A stretch of 64,000 nucleotides of DNA from Promethearchaeia archaeon (GTDB lineage Archaea > Asgardarchaeota > Lokiarchaeia > Sigyniarchaeales > SOKP01), in contig JAHQWG010000047.1 of the NCBI GenBank assembly GCA_029856045.1, positions 160,001 to 224,000 on the forward strand. The letters run 5' to 3'. The notes beneath the pieces were generated by a model. The model worked only from the letters and a program-made list of their open reading frames with translations. It was not told the origin of the DNA and did not search any database. Of this stretch, positions 51,604 to 60,561 are shown in pieces; position 1 is the stretch's first letter; each line of letters opens with the position of its first letter. The translations under genes were made by a program, and so were the position numbers.

Positions 51604-53484
51604 TTAGGATTCTTCATAATCTGCATCTACTACATCGTCTTGTCCAGAAGCTTTTCGATATTGTTCAGCTTGTTTTTCATGTTCTGGTCTATCATCTTGC
51701 GGTATTCCGCATGAACCACCAGGATAACCTTTATTAGTCTGATTTTGACCATAAATCCTCTCTGAAACTTGATGTAAAGCAGTTTGTAAATCTTCCATTG
51801 CGTTTTTAATCCTTGAAGGATCTTCTCCTTCATAAGATCCCTTCAACGCTAATACTTTTTGTTCAATAGTTGTTTTTAAGTCCCCGATTTTATCTTCGTG
51901 TTCTTTCATAATTTTCTCGGTTTGATATATTAGAGATTCCGCTTGGTTTTTTAAAGACATTAATTCTTTGATTTTCTTATCTTCCTCAGCATATTTCTCG
52001 GCTTCTCTGATTTTTGCATCTATTTCTGATTCAGACATATTTGTAGAAGCAGTAATAGTAATTCCAGTTTGTTTTCCAGTACCCTTGTCTTTTGCTTTTA
52101 CATTTAAAATGCCATTTTCATCGATGTCAAATGTCACCTCTATTTGTGGCACCCCTCTCGGAGCTGGTGGTATCCCAGTTAAATGAAATGTCCCTAAAGT
52201 AATATTATCAGCAGCCATTGGTCTCTCACCTTGAAGTACATGAATTTCAACTGCAGGTTGATTGTCTGACGCTGTCGAAAATACTTCAGTTTTTCTCGTA
52301 GGAATTGTCGTATTTCTTTCAATTAATTTAGTAAAAACTCCTCCCAATGTTTCGACACCCAAAGAGAGTGGCGTGACATCTAAGAGTAATAAATCCTTAA
52401 CTTCACCAGATAAAATTCCACCTTGGATTGAAGCACCCAGAGCAACACATTCCATCGGATCAATACCATGTTCTGGAGGCTTTCCAAAAAGTTCTTGGAA
52501 CTTTTTTTGAACGCTAGGCATTCTTGTAGGCCCTCCTACTAACAGAATCTTATTTATACTTGAAGACTGTAATTTTGCATCGCTTAACGCCTTTTTAATA
52601 GATATCTCTAATTTTTTTAAAATTGGGCTAATTAAACTCTCAAGTTTGGCTCTGGTTAAGGAGATATTTAAATGCTTAGGTCCATTTGCATCCGCAGTAA
52701 TGTACGGCAGATTTATTTCAGTTGTTAGCGTCGTGGATAACTCAATTTTTCCTTTTTCTGCTCCTTCTCTAATCCTTTCCATTGCTTTAGAATCTTTTCT
52801 CACGTCAATTCCTTGTTCCTTTTGAAATTCTGTAGCAATATAATCTACTAAAATTCTATCCATGTCAGTTCCTCCCAATTGAGTATCTCCAGCTGTGGAA
52901 ATGACTTCAAATACTTTATTTTCCATTTCGAGAATAGTAACATCAAATGTACCTCCTCCTAAATCAAGAACAGCAATTTTAATACTGATATCTTCCTTAT
53001 CTAAACCGTAGGCTACGGCTGCAGCAGTAGGTTCGTTAATTAATCTCTTTACGTTCAATCCTGCAATTTTTCCGGCGTCTTTTGTAGCTTGTCTTTGATT
53101 ATCGTTAAAATAGGCAGGTACCGTAATTATAACTTCATTTACTTCTTCTCCTAAAAAGGCACTTGCGTCTTCCTTTATTTTCCTTAAGATCATTGCTGAG
53201 ATTTCTTGCGGAGTATAATCTTTTCCATCGATTTTAACCTTGTAATTCATACCCATTTTTCGCTTAATGGCAGTGATGGTTCTATCAGGATTAGAAACAG
53301 CTTGTCTGCGAGCGGGTTCTCCTACTAATCGTTGTTTATCTTTCGTGAAGGCAACTACACTAGGAAAAGCTTTACCTCCAATGGTAAGGCCTTCAGCGCT
53401 CGGAATTAATGTGGGTTTTCCTCCAATTAATACAGCAGCAGCAGAATTTGAAGTTCCTAAGTCAATTCCAATTATTTTTCCCAT
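51604..53484 (-). CDS. dnaK: Hsp70 chaperone DnaK
   Basis: [47 protein letters not shown]. Confidence 0.98.
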   Translation of the reverse strand: MGKIIGIDLGTSNSAAAVLIGGKPTLIPSAEGLTIGGKAFPSVVAFTKDKQRLVGEPARRQAVSNPDRTITAIKRKMGMNYKVKIDGKDYTPQEISAMILRKIKEDASAFLGEEVNEVIITVPAYFNDNQRQATKDAGKIAGLNVKRLINEPTAAAVAYGLDKEDISIKIAVLDLGGGTFDVTILEMENKVFEVISTAGDTQLGGTDMDRILVDYIATEFQKEQGIDVRKDSKAMERIREGAEKGKIELSTTLTTEINLPYITADANGPKHLNISLTRAKLESLISPILKKLEISIKKALSDAKLQSSSINKILLVGGPTRMPSVQKKFQELFGKPPEHGIDPMECVALGASIQGGILSGEVKDLLLLDVTPLSLGVETLGGVFTKLIERNTTIPTRKTEVFSTASDNQPAVEIHVLQGERPMAADNITLGTFHLTGIPPAPRGVPQIEVTFDIDENGILNVKAKDKGTGKQTGITITASTNMSESEIDAKIREAEKYAEEDKKIKELMSLKNQAESLIYQTEKIMKEHEDKIGDLKTTIEQKVLALKGSYEGEDPSRIKNAMEDLQTALHQVSERIYGQNQTNKGYPGGSCGIPQDDRPEHEKQAEQYRKASGQDDVVDADYEES

Positions 53485-53538
53485 TTTATTTACCTCATTT
53501 TTTTAGTTTTAATTTTTATAAAATTTGTTAATTTTTGC

Positions 53539-53587
53539 TTGTCAATCTATGATTGACAACCATTATTTATAAAATGTAAGCTTACAT
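53539..53587. promoter_or_regulatory. Two perfect palindromes flanking the likely dnaK TATA box
   Basis: TTGTCAATC-TAT-GATTGACAA (53539-53559) and ATGTAAGCTTACAT (53574-53587) flank TTTATAAA. Confidence 0.6.
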
Positions 53588-53688
53588 ATTTAAATGTTTG
53601 TTTAATAATAAATAAGTCTGTACTTGAGTTAAACTAAAAATAACTAACTATAACTAAAGAAAAATAAATAAAATATTAATTAAAAAAA

Positions 53689-54135
53689 TTAATATTCAAG
53701 ATTTAAATTCACTTCAATCCCTTCCCTAACAGCTGCAGTAACCGTGCAGTAATTCTCAAACATCTTTCGACATTGATCTGCTCTTTTACGGGCTTTAGGA
53801 TCGTCTATTTTAGAAATTATATCGACATCTACTTTTTTTACTCTTAAAAACCCCTTATTATTCCTCCCAATTACTACTTCGGCTTTTGCCATTAAATCGT
53901 CTATTGAAAAATTTCTTTTTTTTAAACAAAAAATAAAACTCGCACTTAAACACCCCAAAAGAGCCATCCCTAGAAGTTTTGATGGATTTGGACCCCACAT
54001 ATCTGCTTCTTCTTGATTGGTTTCGTCAATATAGCAGTCTTTAACTGCCATTTCACCCATATCGCATTTAAATATCATATCTTTTTTTAATTTTATACCT
54101 ACCTTTGTTTTCACTTCTTCCAACATAATTTTCAT
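53689..54135 (-). CDS. OsmC family protein
   Basis: DE, GPNP..LL..AL.GCL, FE.YCTV. Confidence 0.85.
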   Translation of the reverse strand: MKIMLEEVKTKVGIKLKKDMIFKCDMGEMAVKDCYIDETNQEEADMWGPNPSKLLGMALLGCLSASFIFCLKKRNFSIDDLMAKAEVVIGRNNKGFLRVKKVDVDIISKIDDPKARKRADQCRKMFENYCTVTAAVREGIEVNLNLEY

Positions 54136-54334
54136 CTATATTTTTATATTTTATTTATAAATTCAATTTTTATTAATTATTAGAATTAGATTTTTTTTTA
54201 AAGGATTAGTAAAAAAATTAGAATAATAATAAAAAAATTAGAATGAAAATAGGCTAAAATAATAGAATATAATTAGAGTAAATGCAAAACTATAGAAAGA
54301 AATAAATTAGAAATAAAAAGGGGATAAATTTACT

Positions 54335-54490
54335 ATGGCAAATAAAAATAAATTAGATGAATTGAAAAAGACTAAATTTACTTGTACTGGATGAGCAATT
54401 TTTGATACGATATCATTTCCATTTAGAAAACTAAAAAATTGGATAAACTGCAAGAAAACTAAAAAGCTAAATCATAATCTCAACAGTTAA
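54335..54490 (+). CDS. Candidate 51-aa selenoprotein with CxxU motif (in-frame TGA at 54392)
   Basis: AGGGGA SD then ATG; MANKNKLDELKKTKFTCTG[TGA]AIFDTISFPFRKLKNWINCKKTKKLNHNLNS-TAA. Confidence 0.45.
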
Positions 54491-54498
54491 TTCAAAAA

Positions 54499-54553
54499 AG
54501 CTAGGAATTGGCTGTAGGTTCCGCAAGAATCTGAGAATAAAAAATTTTTAGTT
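54499..54553 (+). other. Two-stem RNA hairpin immediately 3' of the CxxU ORF
   Basis: AGCTAGGAATT/AATTTTTAGTT lower stem (11 pairs including G-U), AGGTTC/GAATCT upper stem, CGCAA loop, GA 3' of the upper stem. Confidence 0.45.
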
Positions 54554-54828
54554 ATACACTTAAAAAAAATAGATAAAAATTTACTATTCTTTTTCAAAAA
54601 ATAATTCAAAAAATAGTTCCTTTTCTCCAACTTCGGGTGGTATTATTTTTGTATATCCTGATTTTTTAATAATATGAATCGTATTTTTATTTCTCAAATT
54701 AATTACAAATTTTTAAAAAATCTTCAAATATTAAATATATTTTTTAAAATGCGTGAATTAATTATATTCTTGAAGTTAGAATTAGAAATTAAAAATTAAA
54801 AATTAAAAATAAGAGGATAGTATAAAAT

Positions 54829-55116
54829 ATGACTTTATCTAAAATTCCCATTTCACTTAAAAAAATTAGTAAAAAAAATATGGATAAAGAAATTTTACGA
54901 ACTGGAATAATAGCAGAGCTAGATGCGATAAATCTTTATGAACAAATGGCAGAAATGACAGAAAATCTGCATGTAAAGACTATTTTACTAGATATTGCAA
55001 ATGAAGAAAAAGTACATGTTGGTGAATTTCAATATTTGTTATTAAAATATGATAAAGAACAAATAGAAGCGTTAGAAGAAGGTAATAAAGAAGTAAAAGA
55101 ACTTATGGAAAAATAA
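54829..55116 (+). CDS. Short ferritin-like protein (encapsulin-cargo-like family)
   Basis: AELDAINLYEQ...DIANEEKVHVGEF...D.EQ. Confidence 0.85.
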   Translation: MTLSKIPISLKKISKKNMDKEILRTGIIAELDAINLYEQMAEMTENLHVKTILLDIANEEKVHVGEFQYLLLKYDKEQIEALEEGNKEVKELMEK

Positions 55117-55221
55117 TATTATAATTCAAAACAAATCTTTTTAATTTTTTTTATTAATTTAAATGATCTTTAATAGCCAAAATATTTAGATTTTAAAAAA
55201 AAAATATTTTAAATTATTTTA

Positions 55222-55614
55222 TTATTTTGATTTCCATAAACCGTGAATATTACAGTATTCTCTAGCCCAGAGTCCTTCAGTATCTGCTACTACAAATGTT
55301 GCTTTAGGTTCATCGCCTGGCTTAAGAAATTTCCTTTTATAGCAATTATCCTTGCAAATTAATTCTATCCATTCAATCCAATGCTCATCAGTCATTGGAT
55401 GAGCCATATCTGCAACAATTCCAATCGAAACAGTCACTTTATTCCCATCAATTTCTATATAAGGAACATGTTTTTCTCCTTTATAATCAGCGGTTTTTGG
55501 TTCCATTAATTTCATATCTTGTCCGCAACATACGAGAGTACCGCCTCCAGTATGTAGGACTTCAACAATATTACCACAAACTTCACATTTATAAATTTCT
55601 TTTAATTGAGTCAA
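55222..55614 (-). CDS. dfx: Desulfoferrodoxin (2Fe superoxide reductase)
   Basis: YKCEVCGN...CCG, EKHVP, HPM..EH.IEWI, YCNIHGLW. Confidence 0.95.
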   Translation of the reverse strand: MTQLKEIYKCEVCGNIVEVLHTGGGTLVCCGQDMKLMEPKTADYKGEKHVPYIEIDGNKVTVSIGIVADMAHPMTDEHWIEWIELICKDNCYKRKFLKPGDEPKATFVVADTEGLWAREYCNIHGLWKSK

Positions 55615-55695
55615 GATTCTTTCACCCTTTTTTATATGTTTATTTATTGAATATTTTGATTTTAAAAATTATTTTCTAATAAATATTAAAATAAT

Positions 55696-56280
55696 TTAAA
55701 ATTCTTCACATTTTTTTCGGTAGTTTGCTCTTGGATGATCACAAGCAGGGCACCTCCAATCTTCTGGTAATTCGTCCATCTCTACTTCATAACCACACTC
55801 CATACATACCCAAACAATCTTCTTCCCACGTTTGAAGAATGCATCATCACCGACTAGTTTTAAAAGCTTACCATAGCGTTCTGAGTGATGTTTTTCTGCA
55901 CGAGCAATGGATCTCAATCTGTTAGCAATTTCTGGATATCCTTCCTTTTTTGCAATATCTGCAAATCCGGGATACATTTCCTGCCATTCATAATTTTCTC
56001 CAGCAATTGCAGATTTTAAGTTTTCCTCGGTCGTTCCATAAGTTGTAGGTCCTGCAGCTTGAACTTCCAAATCATCAAAACTTTCTTCTTTTTTTAGATC
56101 TTGTAACATTCTATAATTCCATGTTGCGTGTTCTTTCTCTTGGTCAGCGGTTTCAATAAAAAATTTTGATATTAATACATACCCTTCTTTTTGTGCTATT
56201 TTAGAAAACATGGTATATCTCATTCTTGCTTGAGATTCGCCCATAAAGGCAACCATTAAATTTTGTACTGTTTTTTTCAT
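55696..56280 (-). CDS. rbr: Rubrerythrin
   Basis: AF.GESQA, EKEHA, GE.YE...MYP, E.HH, CMECG...CPAC.H. Confidence 0.95.
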   Translation of the reverse strand: MKKTVQNLMVAFMGESQARMRYTMFSKIAQKEGYVLISKFFIETADQEKEHATWNYRMLQDLKKEESFDDLEVQAAGPTTYGTTEENLKSAIAGENYEWQEMYPGFADIAKKEGYPEIANRLRSIARAEKHHSERYGKLLKLVGDDAFFKRGKKIVWVCMECGYEVEMDELPEDWRCPACDHPRANYRKKCEEF

Positions 56281-56499
56281 TATTTTTAACCCATCAATTT
56301 AATATTTATTTTTAAATATTTCTTAAGAAATTTTAATTTTTAAATAATGATATTTCCGTTAATGTAAATATCTAAAGATTATATTTTAAAAATTAAATTA
56401 AAAATTAACTTAAGATATAGGAATCTCTCTTTCTAAATGTTTAATAATATTTTAAAGTTAAATTGAAATTCTCATTTTAGCAAATATAAAGAAATAAAA

Positions 56500-56655
56500 T
56501 TATTTTTTTTTCATTTTAACCTTATCTCTCTGAAGTCCCGTTTCTCTGCTAGATGGAAGAGCAGTACCACAATGGTTTTTTTGAGCTTCTTTTAATTTAA
56601 AAGCTCTTTCCAATTCCTCTTCTACTTCTTTATCAGTTAATTCTTTATTACTCAT
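56500..56655 (-). CDS. Small hypothetical protein (51 aa)
   Basis: MSNKELTDKEVEEELERAF...HCGTALPS...; co-oriented between the FTR gene and rbr. Confidence 0.5.
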   Translation of the reverse strand: MSNKELTDKEVEEELERAFKLKEAQKNHCGTALPSSRETGLQRDKVKMKKK

Positions 56656-56700
56656 AATAATCAAAGAGAAAACGGAAAATAAAAAGATCACGTTTAAAAA

Positions 56701-57057
56701 TTATAAATTTTCTTCAGCTTTTCTTTGCAAATCAATTGGTCTCCTCTCAGGAACATTTACAAATTCCAAACCCTTTTCATAGAAATTTGAAGCTAAATAT
56801 AAATTGCAATAACATGCCCCATATTCTTTTATATCTGCTGGGGCATAATCACATGGACAAATTAAATCATGATCTAATTCCCTCTTTCCTGAAGCTAATC
56901 TACATGGACAAGATTGATATCCATATCTTAATTTATTATTTAATAATCCATCTATTAAATCCTTAAGAGTCTCTTTATCCTTATTAAGATTCCAATTATT
57001 GGTTTTAGCAACTTGCTTGCAATATTGAATCATCCCATCTTTAGTTGATAAATTCAT
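56701..57057 (-). CDS. Ferredoxin:thioredoxin reductase catalytic subunit
   Basis: CPC...CPC...CYC motifs, VPERRP. Confidence 0.92.
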   Translation of the reverse strand: MNLSTKDGMIQYCKQVAKTNNWNLNKDKETLKDLIDGLLNNKLRYGYQSCPCRLASGKRELDHDLICPCDYAPADIKEYGACYCNLYLASNFYEKGLEFVNVPERRPIDLQRKAEENL

Positions 57058-57064
57058 TTCATAC

Positions 57065-57388
57065 TCACTCCCTTTTAATTAATTTTTTATATTTTTCTGG
57101 ATCGTATCCAACGAGAGGTTGATCGTCAACGATTAAAAAAGGAAAAGCAATTCTTTCTTTATAGGTTTTTCTTAAACAATCTAAAATTGCTTTTTTTGTG
57201 TTTTTATCTATTTTATCTACATCGATAAATCTATACTTTATATTATTATCATTTAAATACTTCTTAGTTTTCTTACACCACATGCATGTACTTAAAGTAA
57301 ATAATGAAATCTTTTGAGAAGTTTTACTTCCATCGACTATATTAAATTCTTCTTTACAAAAATCGAACATTACATCAGCATTAGACAT
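57065..57388 (-). CDS. Glutaredoxin/NrdH-like protein
   Basis: LSTCMWCKK, FP, VGY; adjacent to FTR. Confidence 0.88.
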   Translation of the reverse strand: MSNADVMFDFCKEEFNIVDGSKTSQKISLFTLSTCMWCKKTKKYLNDNNIKYRFIDVDKIDKNTKKAILDCLRKTYKERIAFPFLIVDDQPLVGYDPEKYKKLIKRE

Positions 57389-57845
57389 TTCTTATTTTCT
57401 ACTCCCATTTTAATAATTGCTAATAATGATTATTTTTATTTATTACAAATTCAGTATTTTTTCAATTTTTTTGACATTTTCTTTCCAATTATATTCTTTT
57501 CCATCTCAAACTCAAGTAAATATTTGAAAAATTAGAATTTGTTGTATATAATTTATAGAAATTTTTTCTCAAATTAAAAATGAACAAGTTTATTTTTAAC
57601 TTTTTATGTATAAAATATTTAAAAAAAAAAAATGATAAGAGTAATTAGTGTTTTCTCTTCACTTCAATTGAAATCAAGAGAATTGCCTAAAAAATTTCTT
57701 AATTTAAAAATATCGCCAAATTTTATTATCAGTTAATATTAAATAAACGGAATTATATAATTTCTTTTTTAAAATTTATCCCTTTGCAATTTTCTTTTTA
57801 TTTTATAATCAATAAAATTAAAGTTTTTAATTAGTATTTTATCTT

Positions 57846-58073
57846 GTGGAAGTTTCAAACTGTTCAGCGAAAGCTTTTCATATTATTAGAGAGAATAAAT
57901 GCTCAAAATGTCAAACATTCGACTGTGAAAATGCATGCTTTAGAGGGATCTATAAAGTAATAAACAAGGATTTGGTACCAAAATGTATTGTGGTTAAAGA
58001 AAGAGAATCGTTCTGTGTAAAATGCCACCTTTGCACAACTGCATGCAAATATAAGGCAATCGAAATATTATAA
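57846..58073 (+). CDS. Small 2x[4Fe-4S] ferredoxin-like protein
   Basis: CSKC....CENAC and CVKCHLCTTAC..KAI. Confidence 0.8.
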   Translation: MEVSNCSAKAFHIIRENKCSKCQTFDCENACFRGIYKVINKDLVPKCIVVKERESFCVKCHLCTTACKYKAIEIL

Positions 58074-58168
58074 ACTTCTATTTAAGTATATCCAAAATAT
58101 ATGAAAATTTTATTATTACCATTTACACTTTATATTAATAAGAGTTAATAATGGAGTGAAAAAAGTAA

Positions 58169-58720
58169 ATGTCAAAACAAACCTTTAACGAGAAATTGGG
58201 AATTGACAATGATGATAAAAAAATAATAGAAATGCTTGAGGAGAATCCAGATTTAACGCATAGTTATATAGCTGAGGAAATAGGAAAGAGTCAGCCTGCT
58301 ATTGGAGCAAGAATTCTAAAATTGGAGCGAAAGCATCTTATAACCAAACAAGTTGGATTGAATCTTAGAAAAGTTGATTTAGATGTTGCAATTGTTCAAA
58401 TTTCTACACGAGATGTTGAAGAAATCATAAAAAAAGTTAAGGATTGCCCTTTCATTAATTATGTATTTAGAATATCTGGTGAATTTAATCTTATGGTTGT
58501 TTTGGCTGCCTCTGATTTAAACATTATAGAAAAAATAGTAGATCTATGTTTTCGTAATGATAAGAATGTATTAAACGTAAAAACCAATTTTATAATATCT
58601 GCAGAGAGAGATTTCGTTATACCTATTGATTTTAAGATTGAAAAATTTGATGGCAACTCTTGCGGACCAAATTGTTATCTAAATAAAAATAGACCAACAA
58701 TAAATATTAAAAGAGATTAA
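58169..58720 (+). CDS. Lrp/AsnC family regulator
   Basis: ID.DD.KII..L, SQPAIG.RI.KLE, SGEFN. Confidence 0.88.
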   Translation: MSKQTFNEKLGIDNDDKKIIEMLEENPDLTHSYIAEEIGKSQPAIGARILKLERKHLITKQVGLNLRKVDLDVAIVQISTRDVEEIIKKVKDCPFINYVFRISGEFNLMVVLAASDLNIIEKIVDLCFRNDKNVLNVKTNFIISAERDFVIPIDFKIEKFDGNSCGPNCYLNKNRPTINIKRD

Positions 58721-58731
58721 ACCTTTTCAAT

Positions 58732-59265
58732 CTACGCATTAACTTTTTCAATTAATCTTACACAATCTTCTCCACAACCTTTTTCTTTGGTGGGATTTTG
58801 ATCTTCAGACCTGAAATCCACTGGAAGGATTAAATCTTTAGCAATGTCAACTACAATTTCCATTTTAACATTTGTTATATTTTTATTGTTCCTGAAGTGA
58901 TAATTTACCATATTATCTAATTTATTCAAATTCGAGGCGGTGAGTAATAATAGGATATTTTCCTCGCCCGATAACTTAAAACAATTAATTATAAACGGGC
59001 AGACTTTCGCCATTTCAAAAATATCATTGGGATCTTTAGTTCTTAATGTCACCGATGCTAAAAATAGATCAACTTTCTTAAAATTAACACCTCTTTGCAA
59101 CTCCAGAAGTCCTTTTTCCTCCAATTTATGAATACGCATACCTACAGTAGGTTGGGATCTAGAAATCTTATCTGCTATTTCCATATGTGTCAAAGTGGGG
59201 TTTTCCTGCAACAAATCAATTATATTCCTGTCAACTTCGTCAATTCTAAATTTTGATTCAGTCAT
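58732..59265 (-). CDS. Lrp/AsnC family regulator
   Basis: IDEVDR.II.LL, SQPTVG.RI.KLE, SGEEN. Confidence 0.88.
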   Translation of the reverse strand: MTESKFRIDEVDRNIIDLLQENPTLTHMEIADKISRSQPTVGMRIHKLEEKGLLELQRGVNFKKVDLFLASVTLRTKDPNDIFEMAKVCPFIINCFKLSGEENILLLLTASNLNKLDNMVNYHFRNNKNITNVKMEIVVDIAKDLILPVDFRSEDQNPTKEKGCGEDCVRLIEKVNA

Positions 59266-59444
59266 TTTTTTAAAATCTTTTTTTTTACAATTTTAAATTG
59301 AAATTCGGATACTTATAAAATATAAATTAAAGGTTTTTAAAAAAATTTTACAAATTATTTTGATATTCTTTAAAAACTTTTTATGTTTTGATCATAATGA
59401 ATATTTTTTCAACACATAGGATATTTTATCCGTAATTCCTTAAA

Positions 59445-60395
59445 TTATCCACTTGAAATAATAATTACTGCTATTAAAATTAGAATACCTCCGAATAATG
59501 GAACCAAGATATCCTGCTCAATGCCTAAAACAAAAGAAAAAAGTAGAGTCAAGAAGGGTTCTGCATAGAGAAATGATGCGACTTTTGAAGCTTCAAGTTT
59601 TTTCATACTTGATGCCCACAAAATCCCTCCAATTACACTTGCGATAATTGCAAGATAAGCAACATTTAAGATAACAATGGGATTAAGGAAATTTTCAAAA
59701 AAGATAGGCAGTTCACCTAAAAATATAACAAATAAAAATAATTCAATAGTTCCAATATATATTACATAACGCATGGTTTGAGCGGGTGTTAATTTTTTTG
59801 TTAATTTTTTCAAGAGGATAGAATATGCAGCCCAAATAATTGGCTGGCCTATACCGAGAAGATTTCCAAATAAGTTTTGAGAAAACAGATTTAAATTATT
59901 AATATCGCCACGTGTCATTAATATTAATGTGCCTATTGTTGCTAAGATAAAACCGATAATTTTAAGATAATTTAATTTTTCCTTGAAGAAAATTATTGAT
60001 AATATCATAATGAAAATTGGGGATAATAAACATACTAATAAGGCGGATGTCGAAGGTCCAATCAATTCTATTGCGTTGTATTGGACAATATAAAAAAGGG
60101 AGCCTCCAAGAAAGCTGCAAGCTAAAATTAAAACATAATCTTTTTTTTTAAAATTTAAATTATTTATTATCTCTTCATTATTCTTAGAAATCTCTTGATC
60201 ATTTTTCATGGAACTATTCTTTTTTTTCCATATTTTTTCAAAAAATGTTATCAGTAAGAGAGCAAAAGATGCAATTATGAACCGATAAAAAGCAATTGTA
60301 ATTGGAGTTAAATAATTAATAAGATTATCGACTATAATAAATGAGAAACTCCAAAAAACTATTAGTATCCCCAATAGGACGTATTCTTTTTTCAT
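59445..60395 (-). CDS. EamA/DMT transporter
   Basis: 10 TM, FWS.SF, AF.RF, KEK, Y.EP. Confidence 0.88.
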   Translation of the reverse strand: MKKEYVLLGILIVFWSFSFIIVDNLINYLTPITIAFYRFIIASFALLLITFFEKIWKKKNSSMKNDQEISKNNEEIINNLNFKKKDYVLILACSFLGGSLFYIVQYNAIELIGPSTSALLVCLLSPIFIMILSIIFFKEKLNYLKIIGFILATIGTLILMTRGDINNLNLFSQNLFGNLLGIGQPIIWAAYSILLKKLTKKLTPAQTMRYVIYIGTIELFLFVIFLGELPIFFENFLNPIVILNVAYLAIIASVIGGILWASSMKKLEASKVASFLYAEPFLTLLFSFVLGIEQDILVPLFGGILILIAVIIISSG

Positions 60396-60561
60396 TGATG
60401 ATAAGCAGATATATTAAAAATGTTAATTTAAACAAAGAAGAGTGGTTTATTACTTTTTATCTTGAATAGATATGTAAATGAAAATTCCATATTATGTCGA
60501 TATTACATAGTAATATTTAGATCTACTTCAAATGTATATCTAGATAATATAACATAATTTC

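Noticed and set aside
53623-53643. CTTGAGT, a HAIR (HspR) half-site upstream of dnaK
   Set aside because: The second half ACTCAAG is absent at the 7-nt spacing
54499-54560. CTGAGA suggesting a TPP riboswitch
   Set aside because: No downstream ACCTGA/AGCG core and no thiamine gene follows; thiW has only a 53-bp leader without such motifs
54584-54697. 37-aa minus-strand ORF (TTG start) and a CTTCGG tetraloop-like string
   Set aside because: No SD, no motif, and the flanking stem is weak
36417-56335. AT-only near-palindromes upstream of rubredoxin, dfx and rbr as a shared PerR-like box
   Set aside because: Not distinguishable from background at this AT content without statistics
57435-57504. 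Minus-strand mini-ORF with TGA-x-Cys upstream of glutaredoxin
   Set aside because: Terminates four codons after the TGA, with no supporting structure
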